A program made the translations under genes and the position numbers. A model generated the notes under the pieces. The model saw only the letters and a list, made by a program, of their open reading frames with translations. It was not told the DNA's origin and ran no database searches. A stretch of DNA of 60,133 nucleotides, counting the filler. It is 9 parts of 9 records of this genome, joined end to end, with 100 filler letters (N's around TTAATTAATTAA, not from the genome) between each part and the next. Parts side by side here need not be neighbours in the genome. Positions count along the whole stretch, not along the records: positions 21,273 to 27,980 come from SRR31147125_44910; positions 28,081 to 33,442 come from SRR31147125_45012; 7 more parts are not named here. One strand, written 5' to 3'. Positions 21,413 through 28,537 of the stretch are shown here, in pieces; the first letter of the stretch is position 1, and each line of letters opens with the position of its first letter.

Positions 21413-21736
21413 TTATTTGTTGTATTCGATTTCTCTTCTTATATTTTCAAGTTGAAGTTTAACTTCTGGTAATTCAATACAAATATATGATTTTATAGCT
21501 TCTTCACTATAATCTCTTTCTTTCAGTAAAGCAAAGGCTACCATTTTCTCTGTTGAAGTTCCTATGTCATAGGCATAAAACAAAGCTTCATCAGTTAACA
21601 GTGAATATCTTTTTTTATATTCTCCTAACTCTTCTCCTTTTTCCACAGCTTTTGATGCAACAGCTAACCCTACTTTTCCTGCTTTTTTCCCTAGCTCTTT
21701 CATTTTTTCTTTGGAAATTTTAGAAAATAATCCCAC
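21413..21736 (-). CDS. Hypothetical protein
   Basis: 107 aa, GTG start with AGGAGG, in operon with the upstream genes. Confidence 0.7.
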   Translation of the reverse strand: MGLFSKISKEKMKELGKKAGKVGLAVASKAVEKGEELGEYKKRYSLLTDEALFYAYDIGTSTEKMVAFALLKERDYSEEAIKSYICIELPEVKLQLENIRREIEYNK

Positions 21737-21755
21737 TTAAAATCCTCCTAATTCT

Positions 21756-22553
21756 TTATTTAATATCACCATTTACAAACTCTCCATTGTATATAATATT
21801 GCCACCTTCATCATATAGTGTTCCTTTTCCATTATAGGTATAATTTAAAAATTCTCCCTTATACCTTACGTTTCCATTTGGATAGTATTCCACTCCATGA
21901 CCTGAAGCTTTTCCTAATTTATGTTCTCCAGAATATAGCAAAACATTTTCTAGCTTTGGTACATTATTAACTACAAGTGTTTCCCCTGGAATAGTAATAA
22001 TCTCATTAAATGCAATAATTAAATCCTCATTATCTATATTTGATCTATATTCTTCAAACTTTGTAGAATCCGCAAAATATAAATTTCCTTTTCCTTCTCG
22101 TTTTCCATTATTATAATATCCTTCATATGTTAAGTATGTAATAAATTTTGCATCGTATTTATCTAAACTAGCGTATGAAACCCCAAATCCTTCAGCATAG
22201 CCATTATTAAAGTTTCCTATAAGTCTTGCAACCAAAACACCGCCTGAACCTGAGGCATCATGATATCGTTGAAATACAATCCCTCTCCCATGAGGTCTGT
22301 TGTTTTTTAAGGTTCCATAGTACATTCTATTTGTCGCTTCATAAGTTACTTTAAGTCCATTATCTGATTCAATAAATTGGCATTCTTCTATCTCTAAATA
22401 TTCTAGTTCTTCTATTAGATTTTCAAGAGATTTTATCTCACTACTTTTATTGAAAACATATTTCTCTTGTTTATTTGAAACATTGGAAAATCCTAGTACT
22501 AAATTGGAAAATAATATTAGTATTATTAAAAAGCCTATTTTTTTCTTAATCAT
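21756..22553 (-). CDS. Secreted MORN-repeat protein
   Basis: Signal peptide; repeats such as YEGYYNNGKREGKGNLYF, YSGEHKLGKASGHGVEYY, YKGEFLNYTYNGKGTLY. Confidence 0.85.
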   Translation of the reverse strand: MIKKKIGFLIILILFSNLVLGFSNVSNKQEKYVFNKSSEIKSLENLIEELEYLEIEECQFIESDNGLKVTYEATNRMYYGTLKNNRPHGRGIVFQRYHDASGSGGVLVARLIGNFNNGYAEGFGVSYASLDKYDAKFITYLTYEGYYNNGKREGKGNLYFADSTKFEEYRSNIDNEDLIIAFNEIITIPGETLVVNNVPKLENVLLYSGEHKLGKASGHGVEYYPNGNVRYKGEFLNYTYNGKGTLYDEGGNIIYNGEFVNGDIK

Positions 22554-22568
22554 AATTCCCTCCCTTAT

Positions 22569-23264
22569 TTAATTTCCCATCATTGCTTGTTCCATTGCAA
22601 CTTGCCATAAATCTCCTGCAAGCTGATTTCTCACTACATCAATAAGCTCATATACAGTCAATTGACTATATTCTTGACTTGTTCCTTCTTTTTCGTTAGT
22701 TACTATTGAAAATATATACATCTCATCCATTGAACCTTCCCTTAAAGTAAAACCAAGTGCTCCTTCAGAAAAGAATTGGATATATTCCTGACCATCTATT
22801 TCTACTTTTTCCACATTATCAATCTCACTATTAAAATTTTTACCTATTGTATGGTTAAATTCTTCTTTTATTACTTCTGCTGTCTCCATTAATTTATCTC
22901 TAGACAACTCATATATATCATTTCCTATTTGTGCTCTCATCAACTCAATAAGTTGGTACATTGTCATTTGTTGATACTCTTGCATTATTTCATTTCCATT
23001 TACAGTTAAAATTGACAGTATATACATATCTTTCATTGACCCATTTCTTAATGCAAAAACAAGTTCTTCATCTGATAAAAAGTGAACGACATTCTCATCT
23101 TCTGTTTTAATTTTCTCTAACTTTGTTATTCTCACATTCAATTCTTTTGCTACATTTTGATTGTATTCTTCTTTTAGAACTTCTCCATTTTCCATTAATT
23201 TGTTACTACAACCTGATAATAAAATACTTAACGATAACGTTATTAATACAAATACCTTCTTCAT
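22569..23264 (-). CDS. Hypothetical lipoprotein built from two ~100-aa internal repeats
   Basis: Lipobox LLSGC; ME..EV.KEE.N...F.LR.GSM..MYI.SI.T...QEY.Q.T.Y.LI...R.Q..D occurs twice. Confidence 0.8.
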   Translation of the reverse strand: MKKVFVLITLSLSILLSGCSNKLMENGEVLKEEYNQNVAKELNVRITKLEKIKTEDENVVHFLSDEELVFALRNGSMKDMYILSILTVNGNEIMQEYQQMTMYQLIELMRAQIGNDIYELSRDKLMETAEVIKEEFNHTIGKNFNSEIDNVEKVEIDGQEYIQFFSEGALGFTLREGSMDEMYIFSIVTNEKEGTSQEYSQLTVYELIDVVRNQLAGDLWQVAMEQAMMGN

Positions 23265-23372
23265 TCAATTTCAGCTCCTTTAAATTTTGTGTTTTTGTTC
23301 ATATTTGTTCTAAATCCTACTTTCGTTTTAAGCTAATCATTATATCTCCCCCCTTTGTTATCCCTTAATTCA

Positions 23373-23876
23373 TTAACTTACTATCTTTATTTTACTAATG
23401 TACTCCTCTGTGTCGCCTATCACTATTTTCCTAAATTGAGTTTCAGGACAACGTATTATATTACTTACCATTCCTCGAATAATTGTGTGATTTGTTGATA
23501 CTATTACCTCTTCACCTTTTTTCTGTAACCTTTCTAAGTAGGTGATTTTCTCTTTGAATAAAATATACTCACGTACATATGGATGATAATTGAAGTAAGC
23601 ATAAAATATTGACCTCATCAATTCTGGATCACTAATCTCTTTTGACCTTTGAAAAATGTCATCATAGACTTTGGCTGCTATCATTCCTAGATTAAATTGA
23701 ATATATTTCTTTGACGTAAACTTCAATTCACTACTCAAGATCAGTCTGTCTTTATAACCGAGTTTTATAATGATTTCATTGCATAGTTTCTCTCTAGTCA
23801 TATCAAAGTGTTTTGCATCTTGATCCAAAATTTCAATAACAATATCAGGTAATAATAATTTTCTTTTCCTCTTCAA
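23373..23876 (-). CDS. Hypothetical protein resembling the N-terminal part of Fusobacteria WYL-associated regulators
   Basis: LPD.V.EIL..D..HF....EKLCN.I, IQFNL, R.IF..Y...HP..RE.ILF.E pattern, recognised from recall; TTG start with GAGG RBS. Confidence 0.5.
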   Translation of the reverse strand: MKRKRKLLLPDIVIEILDQDAKHFDMTREKLCNEIIIKLGYKDRLILSSELKFTSKKYIQFNLGMIAAKVYDDIFQRSKEISDPELMRSIFYAYFNYHPYVREYILFKEKITYLERLQKKGEEVIVSTNHTIIRGMVSNIIRCPETQFRKIVIGDTEEYISKIKIVS

Positions 23877-24040
23877 CCCCTCACCTCTTTTCTAAACTAC
23901 AAACTATATTTTATCAAAATTAACACCTTTTTTGTATACAGAGTTTTATTTTATTTTCCGTTCCTATATTTGAACTTTTATATTAAAATTAAGTTCACAA
24001 ATATCATGTTAAAGCTTTTAAAATCAATAATATTAAATAT

Positions 24041-24067
24041 AAAAACGTTCCCAACTAGGAACGCTTT
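24041..24067 (-). terminator. Intrinsic terminator downstream of the RNase H/Rep cluster
   Basis: Minus strand aaagcgttcc-tagttg-ggaacgtttt. Confidence 0.7.
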
Positions 24068-24239
24068 CAAGTCTTAATTACTAATTTTTGTTTAATGTTA
24101 ATGTTTTTGATTCACAACTGTTACGGATGATAGAAGTTGATTATCCAAACTCTTACTTTCATTTCTGCTTTCTCCTTTCTTTGAGTTTATTAATTCCCTC
24201 AAGTTTATAATGTATAATCACAGGTGTTATTTTTTTCTA

Positions 24240-25268
24240 TTAATAATCTTGCTCTATAACATCTCTTATTTTTTTTATAGTCGCATAAGTATTCATCACC
24301 ATAGTGTTTTCACTCGACTGATATTCACTAAGTGTATTCTGTATTAATCTCTCCGCTTCCTTTCTTTCATTTGAATCGTTAATGCAAATCTTTAATGCTC
24401 GGTGAATAATTTGATAATCATAAATATGATTAATTTCTTTGTAAATAAAAACCTCATAACAAAAGTTATCTGCTTCTTTTTTATATGCTAATAACTTCAT
24501 AGCTAATTCCTGAGATTTTTCATTATAGAAGTTCTCTAGTTCTCCTAAGTCTAAGAGGTTATTCAAAATGTATTGTTTATAGTTTGACATATACTCTTGA
24601 TAAATATTAAACTTCTTAAACTGTGACAGAGAAAATCCTCTTCTCATAATTCTTCTTGATAGTTCTATTATCATCTCTTTACTTAACTCATAATTTACTG
24701 GTTCGCACTCATAAAGGTTGTTTTTATCATTAGGTTTTGAATCTATATTTCTGTTTTTATTCCCGATCGTTATTCTGTTGTTATATGAAGTTGACGATGG
24801 GCTATCTGTATAAATTACACTAAGTTCCTTAAACTCTTCAACCTCTACGAAAGCTGTCGTGCTTGCCTTTTGGTTTTTAATTTTATAGACGCAATTAAGT
24901 ATTTGATACATTTTTATGTACGAAGAAAATTCCTCGTTTTGACTTATCGGAAAAGTAAATGGGATGTTTACTTTATTAAGTGTAAGAATTGCATCGCCCA
25001 ATATTAAATGACTCATAATTTTTGAACAGAAATCGTTTTGAACTTCTAGGCAATCAATATCCCCCTCCCCTATTCCGTTGTAATACTTTGAATAAGATAT
25101 TTCGAGTATTAACTTATTTGGATTCGAAGCTGGTAAGCAATTACAATATAAATTTCCATGTGGACTTTCAATACTATTAATAAATCTTTTTAATTCCTGC
25201 ATATCACTGCATAACCGTCCCTTCATTTTATAACTACTAATTTCCAGCCCAACTTGAATTGATCTCAT
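24240..25268 (-). CDS. Rep-like paralog 2, predicted catalytically inactive
   Basis: Colinear with 26004-27083 (IPFTF, SRRI.RRG, YKQYIL.NL.DL, IYDY). RxD becomes KxN, IYN becomes IGN, RxE becomes IxE. Confidence 0.75.
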   Translation of the reverse strand: MRSIQVGLEISSYKMKGRLCSDMQELKRFINSIESPHGNLYCNCLPASNPNKLILEISYSKYYNGIGEGDIDCLEVQNDFCSKIMSHLILGDAILTLNKVNIPFTFPISQNEEFSSYIKMYQILNCVYKIKNQKASTTAFVEVEEFKELSVIYTDSPSSTSYNNRITIGNKNRNIDSKPNDKNNLYECEPVNYELSKEMIIELSRRIMRRGFSLSQFKKFNIYQEYMSNYKQYILNNLLDLGELENFYNEKSQELAMKLLAYKKEADNFCYEVFIYKEINHIYDYQIIHRALKICINDSNERKEAERLIQNTLSEYQSSENTMVMNTYATIKKIRDVIEQDY

Positions 25269-25270
25269 TT

Positions 25271-25333
25271 TATTTTCCTCCTTGCAATAAAAGAGGATAG
25301 CCCGATAAGAACTATCCTACGTGATGATATTTA
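25271..25333 (-). repeat. Leader repeat R1: terminator-like hairpin plus RBS before Rep2
   Basis: Minus strand taaatatcatcacgt-aggatag..ctatcct-cttttatt-gc-aaggagg; homologous to 25803-25865. Confidence 0.75.
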
Positions 25334-25353
25334 TAAGCCATTCGTTTACTTAA

Positions 25354-25800
25354 TTATCTACAGATATCGTATGGTAGTTCATCCGACGTTGCTCCTGCTC
25401 TTGCTAGGTTATTTGATATTACAGTATATATGCTTCCATTATTTTTATCTGTTTGAACAAACGACTTACTAGGAAACATATTCATTAGCTGTACTAACTC
25501 TTCCCAAAGGTCTGAATTAGTTGGTATACTTCCTTTAACCAACCAGTTCTCTAGCCATTCATTAATTCCTGATATTAGATACTGACTTCTAGAGTACATT
25601 ACAAAGGGGGTGTTAGGTTGGATGGATTTAAGAGCTTCGATTGCTGCTCTTAGATCCATTCTGTTATTTGTTGTATTATAGTTACCTCCTGATAATTCGG
25701 TTGTTGTGCCATTAGGGTGAACGATTACTACTCCATATCCACCTATCTTATTTTGGTTGTTGGCTACTCCACTTACATAAATTTCGACTGCATTTTGCAT
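25354..25800 (-). CDS. RNase HI paralog 2, predicted catalytically inactive
   Basis: RNase HI fold motifs GGYG, TTNNRM.L.A.IEAL, SQY...GI.EW, N.DLW. Catalytic sites read YVSG, RMDL, YSRS and SNNLA. Confidence 0.85.
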   Translation of the reverse strand: MQNAVEIYVSGVANNQNKIGGYGVVIVHPNGTTTELSGGNYNTTNNRMDLRAAIEALKSIQPNTPFVMYSRSQYLISGINEWLENWLVKGSIPTNSDLWEELVQLMNMFPSKSFVQTDKNNGSIYTVISNNLARAGATSDELPYDICR

Positions 25801-25802
25801 TA

Positions 25803-25865
25803 TATTTTCCTCCGGTTAAATTAAAAAGAGGATAACTAGTTACGCTATCCTCATGGTGATATTTA
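25803..25865 (-). repeat. Leader repeat R2: terminator-like hairpin plus RBS before RNase H paralog 2
   Basis: Minus strand taaatatcaccat-gaggatagc..gttatcctc-tttttaattt-aacc-ggagg. Confidence 0.75.
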
Positions 25866-26003
25866 CCTACCATATAGGCTATATACAACCTATATACTAT
25901 TGCCATATTATTGATTTTTTGGTTTCTACCCTGATCCAAAAAGGGGTAGTATAGTTAATACAAACCAGGAAGTTTAAAACTTCCAATTAATAACATCTCC
26001 TCT

Positions 26004-27083
26004 CTACTTATACATTAATGTTCTGTATTTTTTATTTTCTCTTAACTTATACCTTTCAATTGATTGCCTTATTTTATAGAGTTCGGTATATGCATCCATT
26101 ATTATTATGTTATGCTCTTTTTCATACCTGTATAATACTCTTCTGATTACTGTTATCGCTGACTCTCTTGTTTTTATATTGGGAATACACCTCTTCAAAG
26201 CTTGCCTTAGTATCTCATAGTCATAAATCTTGTGTATGTTTCTCAATATAAAAGTTTCATAGCTGAAGTTTATAGCTTGATTTTTGTATTGATTAAATTC
26301 ATATACAAGTATATTAGTCTGCTTTTTATAGAATTCATCCAGGATATTTAGATCAAACAAGTTGTCTAAAATATATTGTTTATACTGCGGAAGATACTCA
26401 CTGGCTATATCGAACTCTCGAAACTCTAATCTTGTGAGCCCTCTTCTCCTAATTCTCCTCGATACCTCTATCCTCATTCGGTTCTTTAAATCTGGATTAT
26501 CAAATAGAATTCTATTAAACTCCTGATCATTTTTCGTTTTAGCTTTGATGTTTTTAAATTGGTTATAAATGACTATTTTTGAATTATAGCCCTGTAAACC
26601 AGGTGTATTAGCGTAAGTAATCGTCTCTTTACTCATATCTTCTAGTCTACAATATACCTTGGGTATAGCATGGGAATTCTTTCTCCTGTAAACGTAGTCA
26701 AATATTTGGTATATATTACTATACGAGTTGAAACAATATTGTTGTGGCATATTAAAAGTAAACGGTATATCTAGCCTCAGTAGTATGATAGCTGCATCTT
26801 CAAGTAAGGGTTGACTACTTATACAATCACAGAAATGCTTATTTACTTGTTTGCATTGACTAAGAGTTTTAATCAGATATGCGTTAACTCCAGCATGGTA
26901 TCTTGGAAATGATATTTTCAAAATAATATTGCTATTTTTACCTATCTTTTGAAAATCACAATAAGTATAGCCCGCTGGACTCCTTATATTGTTTATAAAA
27001 TATTGTAAACCATCTATCTGGTCCAACTTCAGCCCTTTACTTTTTTCTGCATTTATTTCTAACTTAATCTGCATTGTATCCAT
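26004..27083 (-). CDS. Putative rolling-circle replication initiator (Rep_trans / phage gpII-X-CRI-like)
   Basis: N-terminal MDT, ISFPRYHAGVN, RLD (R103/D105), KIVIYNQ (Y173), RMRIEV (R204/E206) appear in the motif order of this superfamily. Confidence 0.65.
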   Translation of the reverse strand: MDTMQIKLEINAEKSKGLKLDQIDGLQYFINNIRSPAGYTYCDFQKIGKNSNIILKISFPRYHAGVNAYLIKTLSQCKQVNKHFCDCISSQPLLEDAAIILLRLDIPFTFNMPQQYCFNSYSNIYQIFDYVYRRKNSHAIPKVYCRLEDMSKETITYANTPGLQGYNSKIVIYNQFKNIKAKTKNDQEFNRILFDNPDLKNRMRIEVSRRIRRRGLTRLEFREFDIASEYLPQYKQYILDNLFDLNILDEFYKKQTNILVYEFNQYKNQAINFSYETFILRNIHKIYDYEILRQALKRCIPNIKTRESAITVIRRVLYRYEKEHNIIIMDAYTELYKIRQSIERYKLRENKKYRTLMYK

Positions 27084-27086
27084 CTC

Positions 27087-27144
27087 TATTTTCTCTCCTA
27101 CAATTAAAAAAGAATAGCTTTAAACTATTCTTGATAATAAAATA
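27087..27144 (-). repeat. Leader repeat R3: terminator-like hairpin plus RBS before Rep1
   Basis: Minus strand aagaatag-tttaaag-ctattctt-ttttaattgt-aggag; the stem has a compensatory change relative to R1/R2. Confidence 0.65.
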
Positions 27145-27157
27145 TACTATTAATTTC

Positions 27158-27210
27158 AGTGAGTGCCTCCGGAATAAGCGTTCCTTACGGAACATTCCAT
27201 CGAACTCACT
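27158..27210. other. GC-rich nested stem-loop upstream of Rep1 (candidate nick site/origin or ncRNA domain)
   Basis: agtgagt..ggaat..gttcc-ttac-ggaac-attcc..actcact. Confidence 0.55.
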
Positions 27211-27292
27211 TGTCCTGTAACCCCAATAAAAACAGTATGTATAGCGTTTTACGTATTCTATTTATATCACTTATACCTTCTACATATTATTG

Positions 27293-27783
27293 TTATACCC
27301 TGAAAGGTCCAAGGGTATCTTCTAATAAATTGTAATTATCATATGGTAAATTAGACAGTGATGCACCCTTTACAGCTAATCTATCAACCATATCATTATA
27401 GTGATGTCCACTATTCCCTTTACATGTTTGAACTCTATATTAGAGAACTTTTGTACCTGGTTATATAGCTCTGTCCACAACTCACTATTCTTTACCCTCT
27501 TACCAGTCTTAACCCAGCCATGAACCCACTCTGTTATACCCTTTACTACATACTGACTATCTGAGTAAACAGTTATAGCTTGTTGAGGTGTAAGAACTAC
27601 TTTAAGTGCTTCTATTACAGCTTTAAGCTCCATACGGTTATTAGTAGTATTTCTGTAACCACTGCTAAGTTTCGATGTGCTACCATCACAGTTAATTATT
27701 ATGGCTCCATATCCTCCTGTATTCTGTCTCGATTGATTATTTGAGCAAGCTCCGTCAGTATAAATTTGTACTCTGTTTCCCAT
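27293..27783 (-). CDS. rnhA: Ribonuclease HI with intact catalytic motifs; 1-nt frameshift at 27414/27415
   Basis: YTDGAC, TNNRMEL, YSDSQY, KNSELW. The other frame continues SGHHYNDMVDRLA...LPYD to TAA at 27293. ATG 27783 follows AGGAGG. Confidence 0.9.
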
Positions 27784-27843
27784 ATTCAATTCCTCCTTGT
27801 TTAGTTATACTAATATGTTGAGTGGAATTTATTTTTTGGTATC

Positions 27844-27871
27844 AAAAAAGAGCAGGGGTTACCTGCTCTTT
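27844..27871 (-). terminator. Intrinsic terminator upstream of rnhA
   Basis: Minus strand aaagagcagg-taacc-cctgctcttt-ttt. Confidence 0.8.
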
Positions 27872-27980
27872 AGATTTTTCTTTAACATAAAATTTAGTCT
27901 TTTTTTCGAATATCCTCTTCAAGTTATATTCTGTATTTGCTAGTTAATCATGATATAAAGTTCTCAATTTTAGCTTTTTT

Positions 27981-28080
27981 NNNNNNNNNNNNNNNNNNNN
28001 NNNNNNNNNNNNNNNNNNNNNNNNTTAATTAATTAANNNNNNNNNNNNNNNNNNNNNNNNNNNNNNNNNNNNNNNNNNNN
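27981..28080. other. Artificial contig linker
   Basis: N44-TTAATTAATTAA-N44. Confidence 0.99.
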
Positions 28081-28532
28081 CCTCTAAAAACCTGTCCTGT
28101 AGCAAGTGTCAATATAAATGGTGCAATATTAAACCTCACAGTCAAAAATCCATTAAGGAATCCCATTGTGGCTCCAAACAATATTGCAAGAATTACAGCC
28201 AAGTGTACCGGCATAATAAAACTCATCATCGCATACAAAATACCAACAACACTTAGCAAATTACCAACCGAAAGATCAATACCGGCTGCTCCGAGTACAA
28301 AAGTAAAACCAAGACCCAGAATCGCAGGAGTCGCAATCTGACGTGCAACGCTACTCAAATTTGACAGCCCATTATTAAAATTGATAAAAAGCCCCTTCGT
28401 TGCAATCTGCGCAAAAATTATTAATACAACAAGGATGAGCAAAGCCTTGTTATTTAATAAGAAGTATATAACTTTGTCTTTCTTGGGACTTATTTTCTTT
28501 TCTATCTTGTTTTCCTGAGACATAATATCCAC
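28081..28532 (-). CDS. Sugar ABC transporter permease (RbsC-like), 3'-partial
   Basis: GIDLSVG, G..NG, PFILTLA. Confidence 0.92.
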
Positions 28533-28537
28533 CCCAT

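Noticed and set aside
23317-23340. 7-aa mini-ORF MISLKRK with G-rich RBS
   Set aside because: Too short to support; no attenuator structure seen
25748-25939. 63-aa ORF in the rep1-rnh2 spacer
   Set aside because: TTG start without an RBS, overlaps rnh2 out of frame and crosses a terminator
25271-27144. Leader repeats as a CRISPR array or integron attC sites
   Set aside because: They are separated by whole genes, are imperfect, and I found no RYYYAAC/GTTRRRY ends, cas gene or integrase
24240-27871. Retron or DGR interpretation of the RNase H plus structured-spacer locus
   Set aside because: No reverse transcriptase (YADD-type) motif in any ORF on the contig, although one could lie beyond the contig end
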